This document shows positions 48,201-64,000 of a stretch of 64,000 bases of DNA, in pieces. Each line of letters begins with the position of its first letter. Position 1 is the stretch's first letter. The stretch is taken from the NCBI GenBank assembly GCA_964035545.1, contig OZ037766.1, positions 12,514,722-12,578,721 on the forward strand, written 5' to 3'. A program made the translations under genes and the position numbers. A model generated the notes under the pieces. That model did no database searches. It saw only the letters and a list, made by a program, of their open reading frames with translations, and was not told the DNA's origin. The stretch is from Bugula neritina. Lineage: Eukaryota > Animalia > Bryozoa.

Positions 48201-49295
48201 TATTGACAACAATATCATCACCATTATGATTATGATTATGATAATAATCATGGTGTTATTGACTTATTCTAACTCAATTATGAATTCATATTGCCATTGG
48301 TATTAGCAATATAAGCAGTCACAAATTTCTAAAAATCTGAAAATAAAACAAAAATTGTTCGCGACACCCATTTTAGTCATAAGGGGGGGGGTTTTGACTA
48401 AATTGGGTGTCACGGACCGCGACACCGGGTGGCCACCCATTTTAGTCACACCCACCCATGAGACATAATGAAGATCAATATACATGCTTTATTCATATTA
48501 TTGTTTAGGTTTTATAAGCCTAAAAATCAATGCTCATTGTGACAGACTCAGTAACTAATTCGAATTGATTTTAACAGTGAGTTACTGTATAAGCTTTCAT
48601 ATATCTGTCTCTATCTTAAGGGTCAAGTTGTAAAACTGAGTTCTTAAATGGCTATCACTATAAATCTGGGTAGCTTTGTAATTTTTTCCTTTATGTTTTA
48701 TACCTAGTTGAAAACTATAAAAAATATTTTTAAAGAAATTTTGAAATACTAATATTATCACTACCAAAATATCTATCTCCCAACAAAGCAATTATATAGC
48801 ACAGTTTCGATTTTATGCCACAGTCAAAATTGAAATTTTTAATAAGACTGCTTCATATAACAAGTGTGTACCTGCTAAGGGGCACAATTCTTAATTTTAA
48901 ATTGAGTATCAGAGATATTGAAAAATAGGTCTGTTTTAGTAGCTCTTTAATTGAATAGAATTTTGATAGCTGCTAGTAGTTAATGTTCAATGGAATTTAG
49001 AACTCAGTAATAATCAAAACTGCTGATACTCAGTCCAATCATTAGAACTCTCTCTTGTTATGTAGCTTTTATTAAAATTGATACTATTGAAATTACTGGC
49101 ACTTGAGTTTGCCCTTTTTTATTTTTGTTGCCAAAGTTATTTTTTATATGTTTAATTTTAAGTAAAAAATATTATGAAGTTTGCTATTTGGCCTTTAAAA
49201 TTAAATACATTTTGCAGTGTATCTGTTAGAATGGCTATGCTACATTTAACAGAAATCTCACCAGGTAATTTTTTTTATATTTTATAGCATTTAAT

Positions 49296-51809
<2,514 letters not shown>

Positions 51810-52963
51810 TAATTGCTTCTTTAAATATTTAATATCATTTTGTAATTGTTGTTCTTCAAATATGTTCTATAAATTGTCTGTGATATGTAATTGGTTATTA
51901 TTCGCTAGAATGGCAGCAGTGTTACTAGTGTTAGTACTGGCAGTATTATATTTTAGGAAGCTTTTATTTAATGCGCTAGCCTGATTTGAAATCACTTATC
52001 TAATTATATTGATGGCAAAAAAGTTTCATGTCGATAAGTTTTTTTTAATAAATTGGTTACATTTTGTTATTGCAGGTAGTTGTTTTGTATCAAACTTGCT
52101 TTTGTGAATATTAATAGCATGAAGCTTTAAGGTTGAGCAAAAATGAAATAACATTCATATTAACATTCCATATAACAGACTACAGTGTGATAGAATTATT
52201 TCACATTTAACATAAAATATTTTCTAAACTGAAGCCAGATAAGCCGTTAGCCAGTACATTATGAGTTGACCCTAATAAAATTATCTGATTAATTGTCATA
52301 CAGCATAAAATCATGTCTGGAAATCAAATTATAAAGATATTATTTATGCTTAGGTAGAATGAATCAATACTGGGTTAAATGTATGTCTCTTGGCATGCAT
52401 ATTGCAATGATTGCTCTTTTTCACAATCATTTTTGTTTGCTAAAGGTTAAAGTTAATTATATTTATATTATTTTGTTTACATTAATTTATTTTATGATTT
52501 TAGTAGTTATTGCTAGGTTTTGATCTTAAATTAATTCAGGTCTAAAATTATGATTTTTGATTTAGCATAACTAATATGGAGGAAGTCCTCATGAAATATC
52601 AATTTTTATTGTTTTTTATTGATTTTGTTATCACTCAACTGCAATAAATCAAAATTAAATATATCACTAAACATTATTTTTTGCCTGGAATATTGATTAT
52701 AAATGTTTAGGGTTGTGCAGAAAATTTAATATTCTGTAATAAAGTACCACTGCAATTCTATTAAGATATCAGTTAATTTACTTGTTTCTTTGGTGTGAAA
52801 CAAAACCTTTACATACACTGCATGAAACAGCATTTTCACCTGCTGCTTTATGCTGAAGTTAATGGCTCTACAACTTTGGCCAGTTTTACTTGTTTGGCAG
52901 AGTATACACAATGCGCAGGACATATTGTAGATATGACTTGAAAGAAAATTCTAAATGATGGCT

Positions 52964-55900
52964 TCAGCTAGCTGAATTCCACATGGAGTAGGATAGGAAT
53001 TTATCTTGTTTTTGGTTGTAGTTGGTAATCTCTTGACTGAGTGAGTCTGGCACTTCTTCATATTGGCGCAAAGGTCCTATACCCGGTCCATATTCGAGAT
53101 TTCTAACGTAAAAGTTTATAGTAGGGCTATGACCTGTTTTATGTTTTACTTTTTCTTCCTTTAAAACGGCTTGCAGTGTTGGTGATAGCTTTATAGCTGG
53201 TCCGTACTTGCTAGGGCCCACAATCCTAGAAAGAGAATACACTGTCTTGTATTAAGTTAGTATGTAGAGTTAGTTTTGAAACGATCAGCTATATGGTGCT
53301 GATGTAAGCATCTAACTGAATGAAGACATAATATTGCTGGAATCTATAACTCATATTATAGTCAAACATGAATGTGTTACAACAAATTTACTGCTTCATA
53401 TCTACCAAAAAGGTATCCTACCTTTAGAAACACCTTGTCCTACAAAGAACCATGCTTCTAGAAGTCACTGATGTTATTATATCTACAATAACAAACAAGA
53501 CAAAGACTAGGAGGTAGCAAAGCATAATCTGACATGACATACTAACATTAAAAGTTTTGCAAGCATACTTAGTCAAACTTGTTAATTATCTGCTGTAATT
53601 TTTAAAAACCATTTGACACAATATATTGCTTTTCAAGTTTAATATTTAAAAACAATAATTTAAAAGAAATCTAGAATACTAATAAATCTTTATTATTAAA
53701 GCCATACATTTTTATAGCCCACTCATTCTCAATAGTCTTACCACCAGAATTTTGGCTGAATGTCTATCCCTGCAAACTTGCACAGGTTTTAGCAGAATGT
53801 TGGGTAATTTTTACTTGAATTTTAAATCAAGTTATAGCTTATGAACAGTGAAAGCTGAAAACTTGCAGGAAGCTCATCCCTAAAGAAGCAGCTAAAAGAT
53901 GCTGACAGGAAGGACAGTGCGTAAAACAAAAGGGGGTTCGTAGCTAACAAGCATGTCTGCTTACTGAAGAAGTTCAGAAGCTTCCTTATCTTTTTCTAGT
54001 GCTTCCTGGGCATTTTGTGAAGAATAGAGAGCCATAGGGGAGTTGAACTGTGTATGTGTCCCAGTTTTTCTTAATGAATTTTACAAAGAAATTAGAACCT
54101 AACTTATCATACAAAACCCAACTATCACAATATAAAATAAATTGGTAAACAAATGAAAATAATGTGCAAACTTTTATATGCAACAATATCTATATAGCTA
54201 TTTGTAATGTTTCAGCAAATAAGTGAGTCAAGGTAGGCCGATGGCTATTTTTGTTTATTTTGCTCATGTTGCAAAAATTAAAGGCCAAATAACATATTTA
54301 AAAGCATGAGTAATGAGGACATGAGAGCAAATTATAGATATGTTGAAGCTTTTCATGAGCATATGAGAAAAAATTGCATGACAAGACAATATATTGTTGT
54401 GAGCATATGAGATAAAATAACAAATTAGTTTTTTACCATTTGGCCTTCTATTCACACATAAAGCTCCTACTTCTACCAATTAAACACAATGTAAAACTTA
54501 TATAAAATTTAAGTTAGACTTACCCTGGATGAGTATTGCTAGGAGTATGTACAACCTGTGGACCACAAGCAACAGCTGGCTGTCTCCACGCACCACCCCC
54601 ATGTCTCTGTCTAACTGTTGTTGAAAAATATAATAGTGCTTATATATTTCTTACATTTATGAACTGAATAAATTTATATTGCAGCCTATTAAAAATATAC
54701 ACAAGCATTGGCACATTATATGTGAAAAGTAAAAATCGAATTTATCTATTATAATGTATATTAATCAGTTATTACAAATACATTACACATTTTACATATT
54801 AACATTCTGAATACTGCTCTATTTCAGGTACTTTTTGCGTGATTAATCAGGTGAATTGAAATTGGATTAATCTTTACATGCTAAAGTTGCAGGAAATTTT
54901 AAAATGGCACGTAACTGGTTAAAGTGTGGAGCACATGATGCTGCTATTATCACACTTGTGGTTATGCTACTACACACAGTACAATTTGTATTTTAAAATA
55001 ATTATGCCTACATTCAAGTTTTATCTGATAAAAAATATTACAAAAACCCTTCTAATTTACGTAAATTGATTTTATCAAAATAGCTTTTAACCAAAAGTTG
55101 TGAGCTTCATGTATAAAAGCAACAACTGACATAACATTGTAGCAGTTGGTGCTATAATATAACACCTATTTAGTGGATCATCTGGTATTACATGCTCTGG
55201 TACATTAAAGGACATAGGCCAACATGTAGTTAGACGTATTCACAGGACACCAGTCAGATACTCAAAGCATGGGCAGCAGAGAAAAACAAATTTATAACTA
55301 ACATAATATTCAGCACATTATTCATCAGCAATTAATACATACTTTGATGCATCAGATTTTTTCTGCAATGGAACAGCTATATAGCTTCAAAGTAATAGTA
55401 TTCTGTTTAGGCAGCATGTTCTTTGATTGAGGGTTAGTTTACTTTAAATGCCACATGTGTTATTTATATAGATAAATAAATACATAAATATGTAAACATA
55501 CAGAAGTATAAATATATAATTATATAAATATATAAATATATGAATATATAAATATATATATATATATATAATCACACATCGGCCAACTTATGTGGCAGAT
55601 ATTTAAGCCCAACTTGTGTGGCGCTTTCACTATCATTATATATACCAACTCAAGTGGCGATATATATAAATATGTAATGCCACTCAGTGGTGATGAAATA
55701 TAGATAACGATATACAACAAAATATGAAAAGACAACTCCAAGAAAATCACTTGCATTCATAAATCACATTTTTCATCAGATTTTTTCTGCAATGGAACAG
55801 CTATATAGCTTCAAAGTAATAGTATTCTGTTTAGGCAGCATGTTCTTTGATTGAGGGTTAGTTTACTTTAAATGCCACATGTGTTATTTATATAGATAAA

Positions 55901-57703
55901 TAAATACATAAATATGTAAACATACAGAAGTATAAATATATAATTATATAAATATATAAATATATGAATATATAAATATATATATATATATAAGTATACA
56001 TTGGGTATATGCATAAACGAATGTATAATATATACATGTATACTTGAGCTCAGCAACTTGAAGTTTTATGCTTCCAAGTAAAAACTAAATCAAATCAAAC
56101 AAGACTTACAGTGTGCATTCTGTGTGGTAGATGGATATAACATCTGATCGATAGTTGGATTTCGAATTTTTATTCCTGAGTATCTGTGATCTACGTCAGA
56201 AGAGCTAGACCACGTCGACTGGGTACTGCGATATGAGGATGTGGTATTGTGATGCTGTTTAAAAGATTCTTCGCGTTTCTTATAGTTACCAAGAGTGCTA
56301 TATTTTCTTTCATCAGAATAATACTTGACATCCTCCCTTGGCGATGTTTCACTGTGGGAGACTTGTGAAACAGCCCGTCTTATAGAGCCGCCTGGAGCCA
56401 GTGAAACACTTCTAGGTGGTGAGTTGCAAGTTATCAAGATTTCGCCATAACTTGCTCTTCTTCTCGGCTTGCTGTAACTGCTACTCCTTGTGGGGAGAGT
56501 GTTGGCACTGTATGCTGTGGGAGTTGTTCTCTCAAACCAACTATTTGACTGATCACTATCCGGTCTATAAATAGCCTTTTGGGGAGACAGTGGAGAGTTG
56601 CTTGTTATCACGACTCTTGGTGTTGGAGTATCGTAGTTATTATTGCTGTTGATTTCCAGCAAAGACAGTGGCCGTTGTCTAATCCCAGTTCTGTTTAGCT
56701 TGATATGATGCCAGGTAGGCTTCTTGTCATCCATGTGGTGAACAGGTATTTCCATCGTGCCACCATTGTGTGTAGTGTTGTTAATTAATGTCTTCCCTTT
56801 TACACTCTGGTCATTTCCAACACCGAATTCTCTCTTGTTAGGAGATTGTGAATTAGTAGGAGTAAAATCAGCAGCTGGTTTTAAAGCTTTTGGTTCCGAA
56901 AGGTTGAATTGCAAAAACGAATGTTGAGCTTTTTGGGGGAAACTATGGTGTGGCAACGTAGCTGGAGGCACAGTGGTGTGTTTTCTTACAGATTGCAGAG
57001 GCTTTTGTGGGACTAATGGCGGCTTATTTACCACTTTGGGTTTTTGAAAATTAGCAATTCTTTGTTCCGCTTCAGCTTTTCGTTGCTTTCTTAGAAATAC
57101 ATTTCTCAAGTCAGCATAACTTGGGAAGTTCTCATCAATGTCAGGATCTTCTCGAGTATTCTTAATAACTCGGTTGCCAGACTCAAAGTTACCAGGCACA
57201 ATAGACTCTGGTTGCTGCTGCTGATATTGTTGCTGTTGCTGCTGACAATAGTTTTCGTATTGTTGTGTTATTGGTTGTAATGGTTGTTGATATTGAATTG
57301 GTTGGTGATCATAATTTTCAAATTGCTGTATAAACGGAGATGTCTGTTGTTGTATCTCTGGTTTGTGTGTTTGTCCTACTTGCCAGTGCTCTTGGGAATT
57401 CTGGCTGTGTTCTTGAACTTGCTCAGGTGTAATAAATTGGCTTTCTCCATGCGAGGTCTGTTGCAGATCTAAAGGCTGTTTCTTGTAGAAGCTATTAACT
57501 TTGAATCTTGGAGGTGGATTAGATTGAGAATTTAAAGGTTCGGGATTTGTGGAATAAAAGGGTGCAGGGGAACGATTATATGATGGATAGGAAGACTGGA
57601 GACTGGGTTGATAGCACATGTGACTAGACAAGGGAGTAAAAGCATTTGTATTACTACCTATATCGGTGTAGTCAGTAGCAAATTGCTTCCATGGATGCTC
57701 CAT
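52964..57703 (-). CDS. Uncharacterised Gln/Pro/Ser-rich, largely disordered protein (~648 aa); exons 57703-56110, 54614-54524, 53225-52964; may have upstream exons
   Basis: A 1.6-kb open exon preceded by an acceptor at 57709-57710; two further GT-AG exons join in frame (phases 1 and 2); total 1,947 nt. Confidence 0.72.
55350..55991. repeat. ~220-bp direct duplication (55350-55570 and 55774-55991) with a unique spacer, intronic
   Basis: catcagattttttctgcaatggaacagc...aatatatatata occurs twice at offset ~424. Confidence 0.9.
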
Positions 57704-60700
57704 CACAGCTGAAAAATAAATATTTTCATTCATTCTTGTTATTTTAGACAAATTTTTATGCAACTACATCATTACATACAGATTAATATTAATCACCAAA
57801 ATTCTCTTGAATTATTATTAATGCAAATTGTTTGCAGTATAAATCATATAATAATATTGTCTCAAGCCAATTGCTTCATGTTCTATTTAAAAATATTATG
57901 TGGGTGCATGAAATGATAGAAATGAAATAATGATATATTTTAATAAAACTTCATTAAAGTAGGTGATGGTGCAAAGGCTCGTAATATATAATATATTATT
58001 CATAAAATGTTTGATAACATAATATAATTAATAACATCAAAATTATTAAAATCTCTTATTTTGGAAAAGTTATGTTAGTACAAAAAAGAATTTTACTAAA
58101 AATCGTCGCTTCGCCATATTTCAGCAAAACCTTGCACCATCATCAAAACAAATAAATTGTTATGCAGCAACAGATTATTAATAACATTATGTTACTTTTC
58201 AAGAGTTATCCTATCTTAATGTGTTATTGCAGTAGAATATATTATTCTTAGATTATATTATATTCTGCAGTATATTTTATAATTATTATTACAATTTTAT
58301 ATTTTTGCTGCTGCTATTTCTTATTTCTATTCCCAAGCTAATGCTCTGTAGTGGACACTGGACCTAGACCATGCCTTTCAACAATTTGTAATCTTCAGAA
58401 TATAAATATGTTGAATAAAGAATAGAAAGTATAATACAATGTTTTTATGACTTAAAATTGATTTTTATAAAGTTCAACTGAATAATATAGACTATAAAAA
58501 TAAAATTATTTTTGTGAAAGCAGCAAAACAACAATAAGCGACCTAGGTATTATGAATGTCTATTTAGTGTTAATTCTTGGCTCAGGTAGCTCAACATATA
58601 AGATTTCGAGAAAAATTTGTTATATGCCTGCATCTAAAAAAAACTTCTATACATGTCACAACACTTACAGAAGTAAGGCCACACTTAAGTAATCAGAGCA
58701 GAAAATTTGGAATACCAAAATACTAAAATTGCAGTTAACTTCACTACATTTTTGGTATTCTCAGCATTTTCGCAGAGCTAGTATTAGATTCAATACTTCA
58801 TGCGTATCTATCTAGTATACATATCTAATTTAATATGGTAATATAGTTTGAAAATTACAATATTCGAAGTTTACTATATTAATTCACTAGACTAAAGTTG
58901 TTGTGATAAATATATGTTAGATGTTAATATTTCATTTAGTTTAAATCAAATAGGAATAATTTACTGGCAGTTAGTCAGTACACAGTAATGAGGGTTGTAA
59001 AGGTTTTAAGTCGTGAAGTGGTTAAAGCAATGGCTGTTGAATATTATGTATATACTTCACCAGAAGTGTGCTATCCTCCTTCAGATGGCGAGAGTGCCTG
59101 TAGCACGGTGCTATTCAACTCTCCAGTATCCTATCTACTAGGACTCTGCAGTTAGAAAGTTCTGTTTGATATTCAACAGTTTAAGTGAGCGTCTATTAAG
59201 AGGATAAATTAAGTTCTGTTTCTTTTACATGTATATAGCGGGTGGTTACTGATCAACCCTATCCTTCTATTTTCTGTTGACTTATAGAGCAAAGCAACAG
59301 AAGCAGTCTGCTAAACAATTTTCTCATTATCAATATTTAAATATCAATGAAGCTGCAATAACATGATCTTTTATGGCTTAACTTACTTAGGATAATTTGC
59401 AATGTATACAGTATATATATTTTGCAACATACCTGAATAGAATTACCCACGCTCCATGCGGCTAGTTACTAATTACTAAAATTTTGCTTCTAATTCAAAC
59501 ATACCTTGCATTCTTTTACGTAATAGCAGCATATTTTTTTTTCTTTAGGTATGCTTCTATATATGGGTAGCTATACCAGTTTTAGTATTATGTTCGTGAA
59601 GACCATGCAAAAAATCTTGATCGTAAATTTTAGGTTTTTTCAAAGTAAGTGAATACTGCAAAATATTTTTGAAAATATTTAGGTGAATTTAAACATTTAT
59701 TTTACAAAAACTGTGGCCCTGCTTTCACAAAGTTCAAATACGTCTGACTGGGAACAAAAAGTTATAGAATACTTTTAAAAGGGAGTTTACATAATTACAC
59801 AGAATTCTTAATGATTTGCTTGCTTTCCTGTAATGAACTTGTAATTTTAACTAATCTTTGTATGAAAAGATGAGCACAAAAACTGCAGTAACTACAGCAA
59901 GCAGACTGTTTAAATACCACAATGCATTTAACTTGTCTGTCCTTTAATGAAAAAAGTAATTTAAATGCATATGTTATGGTTTATCAACCCAAAAAAACAT
60001 ATTCCTGCAATATCCATAGTGTCTCAATGCAGTCGCTTTAGTCCTTGCCAGGAATAGGAAAAAGTATAAACGTTAAAGTTAGCTAAGTGCGGTGCAACAG
60101 CTAAGAATAGTATGCAATGAAAGATATCAATAATTAGTATTAGTTCAATAGCACCACGAAAAGGAATCTCATCTGCAAGCGTCAGAAATCTCAGATTAAT
60201 TCTGGACATGTGGGGAAAAAGTTTATTATCAAACAAAATGGTTTAGCAATACAACCTTCCCCAACAGTCTTTCGTGATATAAACACTTTAATACTGCATA
60301 AATGTAACTGTCGGGTTTCAGTTTCAAAGTCCCTTGCAGTGTAGTATGAGTCTAGAAGTAAAGGAGTCTGTGATCTGTCACTGTGTTGATAAGGATAGTA
60401 GGTCACTAGTGCTGATGGCTTTTTCTGATATCTGGCAACAGCATTTGAGTACATACTCTTTTTTACTCAGACTTCAAATATTCTGTCGCCAGGAGAATTG
60501 CATCCCACGTAACAAGTTTTATCTGCTGTAGTGCAGTGTGACTCAATGCTTTTTAATCTGTGTCTCTCTTCAGTTTCAGTGCACAAATCTGAAGTCTTAT
60601 TCACCGGCACAATCTTGCCCTGATACTCATACACGTGGAATGAGTACTACACCACAGAGCGAAACTACAGTATATTATGATTCAACACAAAGGAATTCAC

Positions 60701-62001
60701 ATACCAACTTCTGACACACCCACCCACATGCAGGCTGCCGGGTTTTCTCCATAGCAATGGTAGGTGGGGTGAATATACAGCTGCCAAAGAAGTTGAAGAT
60801 AAATAACTATTTTGCTGACAACATAAAACATGAATTAACTAGCTGTCTGGTTTCTGCTTTCAATATTATTGGATCAACAAAGACCTCAGATGCTCAATTT
60901 TATGTACATTTGATAAGTCTGCATGCAAGTGCTGTTAATTCTTTATAACATGACTTACTACCTTGCTAGGTTTTCATGAGCTGTGTTATCTTTGGGCAAT
61001 TATATCAGGTCTGCAATATCTAAATTAGTTTTTGATTTCAAAGATCTTTGACTCATGATTTAAGCCAAAAACCATACATCCATTATGATTAACTATTACT
61101 TTCAGAGAGCACAATTTGATATGCTGAAAAACCATAACTTTTTGAAACCTTCTTTACAAAGAAAACACGTGTAGAGTTTGTACCTTAGGCAGGTGTATTC
61201 GTATAACACATGTACTATTTTATATTCAAACAGCTAGCTATTATGATGTAAGGATATTTTCATGTAGACATGTAGACTCTGTCCTTGGTAGGTGATATGA
61301 CCTGTAGCTGTATGAAGCAGTAGCTTTATTGTAAGATTATCCCAGAAAAGTCATAAACAAGTATTGAATATCATATCACCAGCTACTATAGATCTATTTT
61401 ATATTAATTGTCATTTCAATGTGTGAAATATATAGTGCCATTATAATGAGTATATAACAGTTTGCTATATAACAGTTTTATAGTTTGTAATCAAATTAAA
61501 GAAGTTAAGTACATTAAACTCAGAAAAATCTTGCTTATACAAGTAAGCAATCTCCTTATTAAAACTCTATTATTATTAGAAATAATGTAGATGTGAATGT
61601 AGGTTTATTGGTTTGAATGGGTGGAGTTCTTCAACCCGTTGCTACTAGGTCACTAATTTGGATGAACTCCAAACATCATCTTGAGGTATGTAACTACTAA
61701 CCCTGTCAAGGCATATTATGATATTACTCGATGGCTAATGTAAACACGACAGCAATGTGCGTGTGTAACCTCTATACGCATGAGTTACTTACAAGACTAG
61801 TGCACATGGGACTGACAAATACTGTCAACACTAGCTGCTGATCGTGACTGCTCTACTCCTATACAATGAGCTTCTCTTTCTATTTATAAAGCCTTCAACT
61901 GCCAAGTACCAGTATTTAATGTCAGTAAAAAGTGGCAGGGTTGGTGTGATTTGTGTTGACATTTAATACTGGTAGATTGACTAATTTCACAGAACCAGGG
62001 G

Positions 62002-62136
62002 TATAAAAACCTGTACATCCTATTTCATCAGTTTTGAAGCTTTCGAACACTGTAAAGCTAATTCCAGCTACATAGCACAGCTAGAAGCTATTGTTTTACT
62101 CCTTTAGAAGAGGTACTTGGAAACTATGAGGTACGT
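62002..62136 (+). promoter_or_regulatory. Putative TATA-Inr promoter and first exon of a gene continuing rightwards
   Basis: TATAAAA 62002-62008; TCAGTT 62028-62033 at canonical spacing; ATG AG|gtacgt at 62126-62136; downstream exons not resolved. Confidence 0.4.
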
Positions 62137-63049
62137 ACACGTATAACAATTTTTAATTTGTCTAACCTTTACTGTAAGTGTAAGTGCACTGAAGTCTGAA
62201 ATTGTCACTATGTTTCATAATCAAACTTATACTGAATTTCTTGTTGTTAATTAAATATTCTCTGATCAACGGTTTTTACTCTGAGCATTGTATAAGTGTA
62301 GTGCTGAGAGTGGACTGCTCAGGAATGTAGATTTTTTAGCGAAAATCTAGCTTTGGCTACCAATTAGTTTTTGTTTTACTTATTTTGGGGAGGGGGTTTG
62401 GGGAGGGGGTTTGAGCAATGACTGCTTTATTTCAAGCAGATTATTCAACTTATGTTACGTAGTTCAGCCAAATTTTGGCGTAAGGTGCAAATTAAATGGT
62501 ATGATTTAAAAAAGAGGAATGAATGCTCTTGATATGCCAAATAATACTAATAGCATTAACTTTATTTCAGAATTTATGTGGTAACTTATTGCAACAAAAC
62601 CAAGTGTTCAAATTTTAAAAACTTCAATCACATTTAATGTTATAGAATTAGCCTCACCTAAACAACATCATAATTAGGTGTGGAATAGTATAGTAAGCTT
62701 AATTTCTCTGCTAGAGAATTCTAGAGAATTTCATCTAATAATTATACTGAAAATTATTAATTGTTCCTTCAATTTCACCAAGCATTGTTTGGAAAAAAGC
62801 TAATTTGCTCTCAAAATTTGCATCCCAGAAGTAAATGGGCATAAAGTGTTAGGAGTTCTACAATGCACGTCTCATCTTGTAAAATACAACCTCCATCCTA
62901 CAAGGATGCTATTACCTGTGAGTATTATAATATTTAGTTAAAACAATGCAATGGAACTGCCTCAGTTTAGGTAGCCATCTTTTAATTTTAAAGTCACATG
63001 TTCAAACTTGCGCGAAATTTTATGGTCACTATCTCTCTGAGAACCCCTA

Positions 63050-63195
63050 ATAGAAAGGATTTTTTTATTAAAACGAGCTAAGGACTTATTTATTTGTGGC
63101 ACAAGGCAATGCTCTTCCTGACACTACCAATGGCCTTTTACTGGGGTTCAAACCATTACTTCTGTTTACAAAACCAGCGCTTTAACCTGCATTCT
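63050..63195 (-). mobile_element. Degenerate tRNA-derived SINE-like repeat (copy 2)
   Basis: Minus strand has gcaggttaaagcgctgg (A-box-like) and ggtttgaacccc (B-box-like); body shared with 13950-14130. Confidence 0.55.
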
Positions 63196-63364
63196 TAAAT
63201 ACCATAAAAATATTAAATCAATGTCAAAGTTACTTGCATACATGTAGTTCATAACAATATGATAAATTATAAAACTGCTTCAATTCTCATATATAGATTC
63301 ATGTTTTGCTATCTAGAATACAGGTTGAAAACTATTAGCTGAATATAATTATTATGCGCCTTCT

Positions 63365-63702
63365 TGAATCTTCAAACAAGGGCCCAGGGCCGGATGTGGC
63401 CCCCAGCCTACATTTATGTGGCCTTCAAAGGCATAAAGCTAAAATTGGTTTTCACACATATACATGAATTAAAGTAAAAAACCGCCTTTTAAATGTTTTA
63501 TTTCTACACATGCTACAAAACATGCAGCCTTCAGTAACTATTGAGACTTGATTGTGTAATTATTCATAAGAATTTTGAATAAAATAATTTGAAAATGCTA
63601 AATTGCTGTGGTCCCCCAGAGTGAGCTGAAGCTTTCAATGTGGCTTTCGCCAAAAATATTTTCTTTCAGTGGCCTTTAGTCTGAAAAGGTTGGACACCCC
63701 GG
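63365..63702. mobile_element. hAT-type MITE remnant
   Basis: ggcccagggccggatgtggccccc subterminal motif and aaaaggttggacacccc right end, typical of hAT/Charlie-like MITEs; left TIR decayed. Confidence 0.55.
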
Positions 63703-64000
63703 CTTTAAAGAGTTCACATACCTCGTGCATTTTGTAAAGTTGATACATTACATATGGCAATATCCACACAAAACTAGGTCACCACTGCAAGCAAGTCCTG
63801 TTGAATTGTTTGCAGGTTTTCATCAGTTATTGGTCATGCAGTCTAGCTTCGAAGTCTCAGCTAGTCAGTGTTTAATTGCAATCTTTTAAACTCTAAAGTC
63901 TAAATTGAGTTCATAACCACAGTTTGACAGATAAATCTCAATATAGCAACAACCAGTCTGTAAAAGTAATACCCTTGGATCTTCACATATATAGAGTCTA

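Noticed and set aside
57955-58150. Short inverted pair gatggtgcaaagg / ccttgcaccatc as a MITE
   Set aside because: Too short and degenerate, no TSD and no second copy in the window
60000-60950. Slightly GC-richer region with short ORFs
   Set aside because: No consistent frame, splice structure or motif
63130-63195. tRNA gene
   Set aside because: Only degenerate A and B boxes, no cloverleaf; better explained as a SINE head

Overview
AT-rich metazoan (invertebrate-like) genomic DNA with short GT-AG introns; the organism cannot be identified from the sequence alone. Spliced host genes that I could assemble exon by exon are SLX9/FAM207A (+) and SNRPB/SmB (-), which lie tail-to-tail, a divergent i-type lysozyme (-), a CREBL2/REPTOR-BP-type bZIP with an unusually long N-terminus (+), HTATIP2/TIP30 (+) and a ~648-aa low-complexity protein of unknown function (-). 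There is also an intronless 7TM receptor (-) and decayed ankyrin-repeat exons. The centre holds an intact 8,655-bp Ty3/Gypsy retrotransposon (36508-45162). It has apparently identical 716-bp LTRs, a CTAT target-site duplication, a tRNA-Leu primer site and a G_UUA_AAC -1 frameshift with a possible three-stem pseudoknot. Its pol ORF continues ~640 aa past integrase into a tandem C2H2 zinc-finger plus coiled-coil region, which may also be expressed as a separate spliced ORF3; this is the best candidate for an undescribed system. Other elements are a 5'-truncated LINE with an internal endonuclease deletion, MITEs, SINEs, a ~1.24-kb perfect (CA)n and several tandem duplications. Long tracts of drifting 3/6-periodic DNA surround several of the TE insertions and resemble part of the bZIP N-terminal coding sequence. 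Family assignments rest on motifs recalled from memory, not database searches.
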